Under the pieces are notes generated by a model that was not told the DNA's origin, ran no database searches, and worked only from the letters and a program-made list of their open reading frames with translations. A stretch of DNA of 62,151 bases, filler included, from Nemertoderma westbladi (lineage: Eukaryota > Animalia > Xenacoelomorpha): NCBI GenBank assembly GCA_032718475.1. It is 3 parts of 3 records of this genome, joined end to end, with 100 filler letters (N's around TTAATTAATTAA, not from the genome) between each part and the next. Parts side by side here need not be neighbours in the genome. Positions count along the whole stretch, not along the records: positions 29,229 to 56,974 come from JAUCBJ010003417.1; 2 more parts are not named here. One strand, 5' to 3'. Positions within the stretch are counted from its first letter, which is position 1. Each line of letters starts with the position of its first letter. Positions 35,641 to 47,973 of this stretch are shown one piece after another. The position numbers and the translations under genes are program-made.

Positions 35641-36682
35641 AACATGTCCTGGAATATAGTGTCGTTATTCTGGTACCCCCCCCCGCCCCCCCAAATTTTT
35701 CCACAAATCTTAATGAGATTGTATGAAACTTGAAACAGAGTTAGTTTCACCTCCCTCCTTGCTGGGTGAGCCAGAAATTTTATTTTCGCTTTCGTTCTTT
35801 AGCTACAAACGTTTAAAAAAAGTGTCTCCGTCTATATTGCACCAGTTACACCGCAGTTATTCTTCAAACATTTAGTGATTTGTAGGTACTGGTCCGTATA
35901 TGTGAAAATATATTCGAATTTTGCATGTATTTGCTTCTGCTGCAGGCCATTTATTATATTTATATAATAAATACACAATGTTCTAGAACATTTTGATTAT
36001 GTATGAATATCCATATACTAGTATGGTAAGTGAAGTAAGTGAAGTAAACTTATTTCTGTGTGTGAGGGGGTCCAGCAACAAGTTGCTGGAAGTTATATAC
36101 CCAGCAACTTTTTAAAAAACCTTTTTTAAATCCAATTTTTAGATTAGTGCTAATATTCGATAAATTGAGTGATTTGATATTATATATAAATGACTGGAAA
36201 TGTTAGCTATTTGTTTTGAAATAATTGTTATTTTCTTGAGCAACAAGTTTCTGTGTGTGAGGGGGTCCAGCAACAAGTTGCTGAAACAAGTTTCGGAAAC
36301 AAGTTGCAGAAACAAGTTGCAGCAACTTGTTTCTGTGTGTGAGGGGGTCCAGCAACAAGTTTCAGAAACAAGTTGCAGAAACAAGTTGCTCCGTGTGAGG
36401 GGGGCCTTATACTAGTATTATCATTTAGGCATTGCATTGTTTCCAAGCTACTTATGAGATAAACAAAATGTTCTAGAATATTGTGTATTTATTAAATAGA
36501 ATAAATGGCCTGCAGCAAAAGCAGATACATGCAAAATTCGAATGCCCATATACCAGCTATTTCCCAACCAAATTCAAATATTGTGTTACATATTTGGAAT
36601 CTTTCCATGGCCAGCTTTCAAGTAGTACCAACAAATCACTATAAGGTAGAAGAATAACTGCGGTGTAACTGGTGCAATATAC
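35641..36682. mobile_element. Long-palindrome non-autonomous DNA element (relatives at ~33880-34050 and 55813-56600)
   Basis: CATGTCCTGGAATATAGTG end; inverted pair TATATTGCACCAGTTACACCGCAGTTATTCT (35832) / AGAATAACTGCGGTGTAACTGGTGCAATATA (36651). Confidence 0.65.
36045..36407. repeat. AACAAGTT(G/T)C and GTGTGAGGGGG repeat cluster, possibly a Harbinger-type MITE remnant
   Basis: TGTGTGAGGGGGTCCAGCAACAAGTT x3; ends GTGTGAGGGGGCC-TTA; the left TIR was not found. Confidence 0.5.
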
Positions 36683-39600
36683 ACTTTTCTAGTTCTAGTT
36701 CTAGAGTTCTAGAACAAAAAATATATAATATACACTAATCTAAAACAAAAATAAAATTAAAAAATTATTGTTCTAGAATATATAGCTAGTAATTTATTAA
36801 ATTTAAAATAGCTTGTAATAAAATTTTTTTTTTTATTTATACTAATGTTGGTTAACATTAATCAATACACTACTTAGAGACAACACTAGCTAATACCTTT
36901 AAACAAACACTAGCTAACATCAAAAACACTAGCTACTTTAAACAACAAGTTTTTAAGGCTATAGAGTTCCGTATAGCACTAATAAATTAAAAAATTATGT
37001 TCATAGAACATTGTGTAGCTAGTTTTTTTTTAATTTTAAAATAGCTAGTAAATTTAAAAAAATATATTATTAAATAAATTTTTAAATACATTTAAATTAA
37101 TATTGATTATAGAGATTTTGTATACCGTTGTAACTGATTAGTTTATTTATCCGTTGGGTATTGGCTTTTGTTAAATGCCTTTAATATTTCGTGGAATCCG
37201 TTTCATTTTCCTTTATTTATCCGTTGCCTCCACATGTATTCTGTCAGTTTTTCGGAGAATTTATCTTCATAGTTAAGGGGGGTGGGGGGGGGGGGGGGGG
37301 GGTACACACCCCTATGGACCTTTTTTTGCAAATGGCTATAATTTCTGCTTGTGGATAGTTTTGTATATTTTATACCTTTCGGGGGATTAACATATGGCCA
37401 AAGATTGGGTTCAAATAAAAAATTTTCAAATTTGCGTCGCCCTCTAGCGGCCACCAGCGAAATTGTTAATTTCACTAAAAACACTACTAGTCTCACAATT
37501 TTGGGCGAAAATTTTCGAAACTTGATTTTTCTGAATCAGCATCCTCGGCTCCACAAAACTTATCGGTTACATTTTTTGTTTACGTCTTAAATATTATTAA
37601 CTAATATTAATTATTATTTAATAGATATTAACTGATTTCAAGAAATTATTATGGCACAATTCAAAATTCTAACCGATAACTTTTGATCAAAACCCGAAAA
37701 TAAATCAAACAAAAAAAATTTCGAAAATTGGTTAAGAAATGGCCGAGTAGTAGTATTTTGAATGTGAAAAATACAATTCCGAGATAAACGCATTTAAAGT
37801 TTGAGAACAATATATTTCAAATGTTCCCGCTATTTTCACGTACTGGTATCTCCTTTTCTTTTCCCATTGGTTATCCCCTATACATTTTGTGATTTCTCAA
37901 TGGATTTTATGAAATTTGGTTCAAATAAACCCCTACCCACATTTAACAACCTGTAAAAATATTTTTTTGAGTGCTTGCCAAAAAACACTTCGCGCAGCAC
38001 GTGATCAAATTTCATTGTGGCATATTGATTTGATTGCATACCATTTCGTCATTTAGTAATAAATAGTCATGGAATAATGAGGCAACCTTAACAAACTTTC
38101 AAAATTATATAAAAATTTCCATATACTTTTATAATAAGCCTTTACACAGAACATTAAGCTTTGCGCAGCACGTGAAACCTTCGCGCAACACGTGAGACAT
38201 TCGCGCAGCACGTGTATGTTTCACGTAGCACTTGATGACTTCTCACAGCACAGTTAATTAATCGAGCAGCTCGGAAAGCCTTTTAATCAGAATGAGAAGC
38301 CTTCACGCGGTACATGAAATGTTCATGCTGCACCACATGAAGACGCCTATGTGAAGAATACCAGGATTTCACTTTTCGGTCGACTTTTTATTGGAATTTT
38401 AAATATGAATATTTTTAATTTTTTTTTAATTTATCTTTATTGAGTGTTTTGTAGCGCTTATTTCTGTCTTATAACCTGTACATATACTAATTCGTTTATT
38501 GTTTTGGTTAGATTCAGGCCTTCTGTAACCTGTGGTTTTGGTGAATACCTGGTATTCTTCACATGGGGGTAACTGCAAAGTGAAATAAAACGGCAGAAAG
38601 TCTGGTATTCTTCACATGGGCCCATGAAGACTTCGCGCAGCACGTGAATTATTCTCAGAGCCTGTGGAATTTAAAAAATAATAAGTTTATGGTTGTTCCT
38701 CGCAATTTGTATTACCAGCTATTGCTATATGATGGTTCACTTTAGTTATTACTAGTCGACAACTAGTCCATTAGACAACTGTTCAATATGTAATACAAAA
38801 CTCACAAATATATATTAATTAAAATTTGATGGACATGTTGACAGACAGACAGACATACAAACAGACAGGCAGACAAACTGAGAGACAGACTGACATACAG
38901 ACATAGTGATTAGATAATTCCAAACATGAAAACAGACATCGACATTAAGAAAAATCCCATCAGCAAACATTTCAGATTGCTTATTTTATGCTCTTTTTAA
39001 TATTTCGACGGACAGACAGACAGACATACCGACGGAAAACCAGCCATTACTCGAGAAGTAAAAACGAATCCGCTATAATCTCGCTAATCCGTTTCCAGAT
39101 TTGAAATCCTCATTAATTTATACTCTAGAAACAAAAAATAAAAATTTTGACCTGAGGGGGGGGGGGGGGGGAGGTGTACGTACCCCCCCCCCCCCCCCCC
39201 CCTAATGCACTCCTCACACGAAGCTCCCTGGCGACGTATATTTTTTTCTTATTTTTCTCTGAACCTGTATTTAATTGCCTTAATTTATGCATTTCGCACC
39301 CCAAAAATTTTTTAAATAATTTTTTTTAATCACAAGCTATTTTAAATTTGAAAAATAACTAGCTATATGTTCTAGAACTAGAACATTATATTGAATTTTA
39401 TTTATGTTCTTGAATAGTGTATAATATCTATATTGTGTTCTAGAACTCTACATTGTTGCCATGGTAACAATGATTTATGTTATAAAAATGTAGTGCTATA
39501 CTCGGAACTGTTACCGTTTTTACTAATAATGTACAAGTTCAACATTAATCAACAAGAAAAACACAGCAGTAGATGATGACCTGAAAACATTTGGCCTGTC

Positions 39601-39765
39601 CCCCCCCCCCCCCCCCCCCCAAGTAGGGCTGGCCAAATGCACCTTCCTAAATTATTGCTTAAAAAATATACAATAATACATAGTATTATATAGAATATAT
39701 CATAGTATAAAACTTTTTTTGTAAATGTAGTGGCATGACGGAACCGTTACCGTTTCTTGTTCCTT

Positions 39766-40860
39766 TTAAAATTTCCCGTTTTCATCATCGGGTTCATATA
39801 TAGTACTACCGGTAGGTTTGCCAATATTGCACTGCGAATTGCTGAAGGCTACGACACTGTTGGGTTTGCTGCAACTGGCACCAACAACGGTTGCCGACTT
39901 CTTCTCGGGACTGTAGGCCCTCGACCGTAGACTGGTGACCCTCGACCGTGGTTGACTCGGCACCCCAGACTTCCTCTTACTTTCTCGACAATTCTCAAGC
40001 ATTGACTTCCGCTGCTCTGAAGCCAGCCCCGCACAAATTAAGCACAACACGGTGTCCTTCTGCTTGGAATAAAAAGGTTGATCGGCGAGACACTTTCCGC
40101 ACGTGCTGCATACAAAACACGTCTCGTGATAGTAGTTAATCGTGTGTTCATCCCGGCGCCAGGGCAGTGCACCACTATTGATGGTCGCGTGGCACTTGAT
40201 GCATTTACGGGCGTATGTTTTGTGATGACATTGGAGGCATATTGGATAATTGTTATGTACGTAGTACTGCTTGCCTGAAAGTACATTCGAACAGTCATGA
40301 CATCGGAAACAGCTCTGGTGGTAACCCTCGTCTTTAAACACGACCCCCTCCCGTACCGGTTTCTTGCAGTGTTTACAAGGAACCTCGTGTTTGTTATGTT
40401 GCTCTCGACAAGAATGACACACGTTACGCCCCTTAACAATGTTGAACTTTTGAGTGTCGATAGGTTTTTTGCAGCTGGCACAAAGGAAACACGCCGCATG
40501 GTAATGATCCTCCATAAATATCATTATGTTGCCATCAAGAATGAGTTCGAAGCAGGTTGGACATGTTTTCGCGAAATTTTCAGCGTAACAACGTCTGCAA
40601 CTGAGCCCGCTAATACAATTACTAATCAGACTCTTAACGACATGCAAATTGCCCAACTTACTACTGCCTATTGGCAAAGTTGACCCCGCAGTGTCAAAGA
40701 ACTTGGTGTCACACAGACTTTCCTGACAGTAAACACAGTTAAAACATTCCTCGTGAAAGTATATACCACGGTAATTGACAGCTCGTAATTCCTTTAGCGG
40801 ATTCTGACATTTTTCGCATTTACCTAGCGCACTATTGTTACGAATATTTTGTTCTTCCAT
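39766..40860 (-). CDS. Four-LIM-domain protein (FHL/paxillin-like arrangement) nested in BTBD9 intron 1
   Basis: Four C-x2-C...H-x2-CF-x-C-x2-C...C-x2-C repeats and a Ser/Arg-rich tail; probable 75-nt in-frame intron at 40610-40684. Confidence 0.88.
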   Translation of the reverse strand: MEEQNIRNNSALGKCEKCQNPLKELRAVNYRGIYFHEECFNCVYCQESLCDTKFFDTAGSTLPIGSSKLGNLHVVKSLISNCISGLSCRRCYAENFAKTCPTCFELILDGNIMIFMEDHYHAACFLCASCKKPIDTQKFNIVKGRNVCHSCREQHNKHEVPCKHCKKPVREGVVFKDEGYHQSCFRCHDCSNVLSGKQYYVHNNYPICLQCHHKTYARKCIKCHATINSGALPWRRDEHTINYYHETCFVCSTCGKCLADQPFYSKQKDTVLCLICAGLASEQRKSMLENCRESKRKSGVPSQPRSRVTSLRSRAYSPEKKSATVVGASCSKPNSVVAFSNSQCNIGKPTGSTIYEPDDENGKF

Positions 40861-42059
40861 GTTAATATTCAGGAAGCTGTTTGTATAATAATTTACATAA
40901 TAAATAGAAAAATATGTTCCTAAGTTTCTATGGTACCGCGATAACCTGTGTGTTATTTAATCCTCCATTTATTTATAGCAGAAATATAGTTTTTTTTAAA
41001 TTTTGAATCATAAAATGTACTATACAATGATAGCTTTTGAACACAAAATTTCAAAACAATATAGTAATTAGTATCTATTTATGTTATTGATTATACAGAA
41101 AGAAAGTACTGCAATTCACCACAGTAGGATCTCTGATAGTTATAATTATTCGTCAGAAGGTAGTGCTATATCTGGAATGTAAATTAACAGTCAATTCAGA
41201 ACAGACTCGTTCAATTTATCAGATAATAATACATTAAATAAACAAGAAATAACCCTTTGTCACTAATTTGAGTTAACCGAAAATCAGATATTATGTTCAC
41301 GAGTGTTGAGTTTTACACGTACCATGGCATTTTGACCTACCAAATCAAAATGCAATACACTCGGATAGAGTTGTGCAATATGTTTCGATATAGTAATAAT
41401 CGTACTCAATTTAAATTTGTGATAAAAAAAATTGCGTATTTTCGAATACTTTACTCTTATCGGGTTACCATTACTTTACTAATAAGGAATAAGATAAGCC
41501 CAATTTAAATGTTTGTGATTAATTTCGGTCTACTCCATTCTAAATCTCGAAAGTCGAAACTGTTAAACAGTGACACATTACTTAGTTAGCTAATTAGATA
41601 AATATGGAGAAAATATTAGTTACTTTTTCCCTAAAATAATAGGATTGCATTAAATTTACTTTTGTAGAGGCGAAAAAAAAACAAGTAGAATTTCTTAAAT
41701 ATTATTACATGGAAGAGCATCGAAGTAGAAATGTTTGTACGTAAATTGAGCAAAATCCATGCAGACACTCAAAAGTTATTGAAACTTTAGTGTCTGCAAG
41801 GCGAACACCAAAACGGTTACGTTTTAGTTACATAATAAATAATCGAGAACATTAAATTACTTAACAAGGCAACATCAGTAGTTGAAGAATTCAATGATTC
41901 GAATAGCAGTAACTATCTGACCATGGGGGGAAGCAAATATATAGGCTATCTGTCTACAAAAAAACACTCGGAAATATAGGGAAAAAAACACCCCTTACAA
42001 CTCAAAGATTGTTGTGGTTAAAATTCGTTTAAAGCAGCACAACACTAGACCAAGCAGCA

Positions 42060-42370
42060 GCTTGGTCTACCGGTAGTGGTGACATTATTGAGCTTCCAAT
42101 CAAGAGTCTCTGGTTCGATCCCGAGATGTGGCAGCATTGTTTGGGCACAGCGCTTTAATTGTTGAAGCCTAGCCCAGCCCTAGCTTTCATCCTTGAGCGG
42201 TCGATAAATGCAAACCAAGATATCATGGTAAACAGAGTGGAAGGGTTTAGGCCTACTGTGGAAGATCACCCATGGTGGTGAACAGGTATTCATTGGGTTA
42301 ACGACCGCGACCGGTTATAGTGGAATTTCTGAGATAATGACTTAGCACCTTAGGGTTAGGGTTACATGAC
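42060..42370 (+). mobile_element. Degenerate tRNA-derived SINE
   Basis: GGTAGTGG A-box-like, GGTTCGATCCC B box, and GCTTTCATCCTTGAGCGGTCGATAAATG similar to the central domain of the 20291 SINE. Confidence 0.65.
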
Positions 42371-42483
42371 AGTTTTAATTACCTAGGGTTGAGGCCGTCA
42401 CTACTGTAACGAGTGCAAACAGCGAGTTTCATACATACAGTATAAAAATCCCTGACAGGAGGGCCCTGAAACCGGTTCTTACC

Positions 42484-43651
42484 CAGGGTTGGCAACCAAT
42501 GGTTTTTCTCACCATTGGTTTTTTATGGTTTTTTGGTTTAACCAACTTTAAAAAAAAGGCGAAAAAATTGTTTTTTTATGGTTTTTCATAAAATTTTACA
42601 ATTAACGCTGTAAATAATATAAAGCAGACTGGTAGTCGCGTTTCTTTTTCATTTTGCACTGTTAGAAGGAAAAAATTTCGCTCACTTCATGAGTTTTGCA
42701 TTTTGCTCGCGTTTCTTTATCTTATCATTTTGCACTGTTCAGCTGTTAGAATGAAAAAATTTCGAACACTTTGAGTTTTGCTCGCGTTTCTTTTTCATTT
42801 TGCACTGTTACATATGTAGAATGAAAAAATTTCACTCACTTTGAGCATTGAGTTTTGCTCTTGTTTCTTTTTCGTTTTGCAGTTTTGCACTGTTAGAAGG
42901 AAAAAATTTCGCTCACTTCTGAGTTTTGCTCTCGTTTCTTTTTCATTTTGCACTGTTAGAATGAAAAAAATTCGAACACTTTGAGTTTTGCTCGCGTTTC
43001 TTTTTCATTTTGCACTGTTAGAATGAAAAATTTCGCTCACTTTGAGTTTTGCTCGCGTTTCTTTATCTTATCATTTTGCACTGTTCAGCTGTTGGAATGA
43101 AAAAATTTCGAACACTTTGAGTTTTGCTCGCGTTTCTTTTTCATTTTGCACTGTTACATATGTAGAATGAAAAAATTTCACTCACTTGTGAGTTTTGCTC
43201 TCGTTTCTTTTTCATTTTGCACTGTTAGAAGGAAAAAATTTCACTCACTTTGAGTTTTGCTCGCGTTTCTTTATCTTATCATTTTGCACTGTTCAGCTGT
43301 TAGAATGGACAAATTTCTCTCACTTTGAGTTTTGCTCGTGTTTCTTTTTCATCTGTTCATTTTGCAATGTTAATGAAAAGGTTTTGCTTGCTTCGCTGGC
43401 GTATGTTTCTCGTTTACATTGTTAAAATGTGGTGTGCGCGTTTTTTTTCGGTGCATGCGCGGTATAGCCTATTGCTGTATTGCCCAATATTGCGCGGCTG
43501 AAAAATTGCTGTAGGCCCCTATTGGATTTTTAATTAAACCACAGAAAAACCATAAAAAACCATAAAAAACCGAAAAAAACCATAAAAAACCAAACAATAA
43601 AACCAAAACCAAAATTTTTTTTTCAAAAAACCATGGTTTTTGCCATCCCTG
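42484..43651. mobile_element. hAT-like MITE containing a ~60-bp minisatellite (42635-43370)
   Basis: TIR CAGGGTTGGCAA / TTGCCATCCCTG; GGTTTT/AAAACC subterminal repeats; TTCTTACC at 42476-42483 and 43660-43667. Confidence 0.8.
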
Positions 43652-43801
43652 TCTGCCTGTTCTTACCCAACCCTGAGCAGCTAAGTCTGACTGTCTGAGG
43701 TTAAGGCTCTATCGCAATAGCAAACTACCCTACACAGTTCAGCAATTGCGATATTTCAGCGAACCCAAACACTATCAAAAGCAAATTCTGAAATTTCTTA
43801 C

Positions 43802-44257
43802 CTCGAGGTCAGTGAACCCGTATTTATTAGACAAGCCAAGAACGTTGATCACCGTTGTGGTGGAAAGATCAGCGAGATTCATCCGGCCCGTGTATACGTA
43901 CTTAATGAGAACGGTGAAGGCCTCCGGAGTGGAATCGGGGAACTCAATAGCGGTACCGGTATCGGAGGAATGTGACTCCTTAAGGCCGCCGTAGAGGAGG
44001 GCCCGGAAGTACTCACTACGAGCTGCCAGAATGGCTCGATGGCAGTGGAACTTCTCGCCTTCCACATTGAAGACAACGTCATGGTAGGAACCGTGATGGA
44101 AGAGGAGGCCGACGTCGTCGGAGAGATTGTTGATGTGCTCGATGTTTGCGGAGGCTGTATTCTGGTTGCTGCCAATCTCGTCAGACAGAAAGGAGAGGAC
44201 AGGCTCGCCGCCGCCAAGGTTGCTAGGCGGACCCCCGCCTGGGTTGTTTGCACTCAT
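43802..44257 (-). CDS. BTBD9: BTB/POZ domain-containing protein 9, first coding exon (BTB domain)
   Basis: DVVFNVEGEKFHCHRAILAARSEYFRALLYGGLKES...LIKYVYTG...LGLSNKYGFTDLE; donor GTAAGA at 43801. Confidence 0.92.
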
Positions 44258-46828
44258 TAATTTCTGAATTTATAGATTCATTTACAATAATCCTGTAATC
44301 AGATACTACTGTACTACATTAATTGGTAGGCAAACTACCGGTACCGGTTCTGTTACCGTTAAGCTACAGAAGATTGAAAGGTTTGGTATGATTTCACATG
44401 CGGTTAGTGAGTTTGAATTGAATTGTTGTTGTTATATTTTTATTTTGGTTTTCTTCATATTATTTGTGAAAAGTAAACCTTTAATCCCTCTATTCAGAGG
44501 CGGATTTAGAAAACTGACGGGGGGGGGGGGGATACACGAAAATTTTTCAATTTATCAAAGCGCATATTGTATAAAACTTTCCACAACTATTTGATTAATA
44601 TATTCAATATATTTGCCACAAATATATTAATTAAAATTATGATACATTATTTATTCAAGCTTATTTGCTTATAAGATATAATATTATTATTAGGATAAAT
44701 TATTATCGCTCTGCTAGGACGGCAATAAGACCGCTAATCACCATAATAATATATAATATAACGTAATTAAGTTAATTAAATACCCCGTCAGCCGTCACTC
44801 TATACTTGTAGGCTCCCGTATTCCAAGGCATTCTTGCTATTGCCTAGCCTGTGCTGTTTCTATATTTGTGATTCGCTTCCAGTTGTATTTTGTGTTTTAT
44901 TAAAAATAAATATAACTATTTACATACTTGTGTGTAGCATGGCCTACGTGTGTAGAGTACCCCTTTACTGTGTGATGATCCAAGTGGCTTTGTTACACGA
45001 ACGAACGTTAGTGAGTGAGTGGAAATGAAGCCACGAGGATCAGAACACTGTAATGTACTTTGCAACATGTATGTATGTAGTTTTACTCCAAAATTTTAAC
45101 ATTACGAAATGATTGTACATATATTATAAGTGATAGAAACTGCATAAATTAAATTAGTTGCTGTATAAATAAATGTCATAAAGATAAAAATGACATAAAT
45201 TATATTATAAATAAGTTAGGTTATACTGTACTGTATTTATGGTGGTACAAATTTCCAATTAATACCTGCCTTTCATCAATAGCGTGTGCGCCGTACAAAC
45301 AATAGGAATTCCTAGTAATCTCGCCAGCCTAAATAAAGGAAGTTGATATTGCCCTGGCTTTCGATTCCCGGCCTGGTTTGGGAGGCGTTATACTGTACTC
45401 TGGAGTTTTATATTACCCCAAAAGAGAAAAATTGGCTTTTACTGTAGTAGGCCTTATCTTGTCTACCAATAAAATATTGTACAGTCAGTTAAATTAAGTA
45501 TTGTTTGAAGTCAATTTTGGATTGATAGATTTTTAAAAGTGCTGTGGCTGGACATATGACATAGCGTTACCACCTTGAAAGTTGGACAGGGGGATCGGGT
45601 GGGGGGGGGGGGGGGTGTCCCCCTGCCCCCCCCCCCCCCCCCCCTGTTAAATTATACCAACTTCTATTTACCTGTAATTTTAACTTTAACTTTTTTAGAC
45701 TATTCTACAGCCTAACATGTTATTATATTTATATTGTATTTCCATTTGTCTGTTACCTACCTGTCTGGTACCTTTTTAATTACAACACTAGACCTATGGT
45801 GCTACTGTATTAGCTTAGAGTTTTGATTTTATTTATAATGTGTACAGTACAATTTCATAAGTTCGATTTGCATAACGTAAAGTGTTCTTTTAATTAATAG
45901 TGTGAACAGTTTGATTTCGTTCATTCAGTTTACAACTGTTAATTTTATTTATAGTGTGTACGGCTGTAAGTGTACAGTACGGGCTTTATAAGCAATATAG
46001 CTAAATATGCCCTATTATAATTAAATCCTATATCAGGTTCCCTGCGGCCCTGCTTTTTGAATATGTACTCACTGTGGGGCGAGCCACGCAGTCAGGGCGA
46101 GCCTTAGCGAACAAATATAATTAGTAAATAGGGCAAAATTTCATGTCCATCTGATTGTCTGTATGTCTGTCTGTCTATGTACCTGTCTGCCTGTCTGTCT
46201 GAACACAAATTTGTGTTCACAGTTACGACGAATCGAAGCACCTGGTTACAAATTTGTGTTCCCAGGTACGAATCTGCACTATGTTACAAATTAGTCAGTA
46301 CATGCGGATAGGATGAGCTACATTTCGGAAATACCCTATACCACGACCAGCATATTAACCTTGTTTGGAATAAAGCGCTTTTAAAACAATCATTAGAAAT
46401 ACAGTAATAATTATCATTATCAACATTAAATCTGAATTCGAAAAATAGTAAGAGGAAAACACACCGCCTTTTTCAACATTTTCAAGAATTTGTAGAAAAA
46501 AATTAGTTAGAAAAATCTATAAATCTATAAAAAAAAAATCTATAAAAAAAATCTATAAAAAATATTCGTGTCAAAAGGCGGATTTTTTTCAAATAAAGTG
46601 TATTTTCATGACCCGCATTTCATGAGTATGAAATGCGCAGCACCCCGCACCATGCACGCGTATGAGCTCTTGGTTAAAATCCAGTCCAGCTCTGTCAAGC
46701 AAAGACCAATTTGAATTTAAAATAGTCTCATTAACGGAATCGTAAGAATCTACAAATAAGATATTCATTACTTTTATTTACAAAATGAAAATAACAAAAT
46801 AATTATACAGTACTCTGAGTAGTGATTG

Positions 46829-47502
46829 TATGGTGGCCGAGAAGGGACAATTTAAAAAGTATTTCATTTCGAGTAAAAAAAAAAAAAAAAACAACATTCA
46901 TGAAATTATTGTTTTTGTCGTTTTTTTTAATTTCACTACAAACTTTGCCGTAAACGAGCATTAACACCAGTCGGAATGTGTTTAAGAAGTATTCTAACAG
47001 TTTCTCGGCGAAGGTTTATAAAGGGCCGACTCCATCTCCATAAGCGTCGATGAATTGTTCGATACCCAGAATTAAATGCAGAAAATTCAACAAGTTCCGA
47101 TTCTAACGCACGTAATACACGAGGAAGTGACTGCTCGTAACAACGGCATCTAAGACTTAAATCAGCTCTACGACGTTTAATTGTCCTATCGCTTATACAG
47201 TAATTATTCCATGTTGCAATTTCAATAGCACCCTTGTATCTCTAACAGTAAAACGTAGGTAATAATACGCCGAAATTAAGATATCCATTTCTGGATTTGC
47301 CAAAACAAGCATGTTGGCCTAAAGCCTGTTTTAAATCTCCCTCTCAAAACCTTCCTTACTGAAAACAAAATTTCGTATTTGTCGTTTTTTTTTATTTCCT
47401 TTAAAAAAAACGACAAAAACAAGAATTCATGAATAATTTGTATTGTCGTTTTTTTTACTCGAATTTAAATATTTTTTAAGTTGTCTCTTCTGGGCCACCA
47501 TA
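46829..47502. mobile_element. TIR element with TATGGTGGCC termini
   Basis: ~50-bp imperfect TIR; direct repeat GTGATTG on both flanks (boundary ambiguous, 7-11 bp). Confidence 0.78.
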
Positions 47503-47973
47503 GTGATTGTAATACGGCAATAAAATAATTAAAGAAAGTAACACCCCCATTGAATGCACCTCAATCTGTCGTCAAGGGAAATTAATAGGAGCCTACTACA
47601 TAATTATTGCATTGTTAGAAGGAGTTGAAGCTCTTCCCTAGACATAACAGGAAATTCCCTCCCTACAGTATTTTGTTTCAATGGCATACTAAAAAAATGC
47701 AGGCATGCTCTATCATCTAAACTGTATGAAAGGTTGTTGCTCGTTGTGCATTTGAGCACCTACAGTATCCTTCCCTGCAATTATAAAGGCAGATAGGCCT
47801 GTGTATAGAGTACTGTCAGACTACTGCTGGACTGTGGACTGTAGCCCAGTAGCCAGTCGCCTTGACTGCAGGACTGTAGCCTAATAATCCTGCCGTCCTG
47901 GTCCTGTAATCGTATTCATATAGACTTCAGACGCCATCCCAACCACCAAACCGCTGAACTGTATTACAGTATT

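Noticed and set aside
46070-46260. Helentron/DINE-like element (GGGGCGAGCC hairpin plus CTGT microsatellite; inverted relatives at ~12990-13095)
   Set aside because: Suggestive, but the boundaries and diagnostic termini could not be established by eye.
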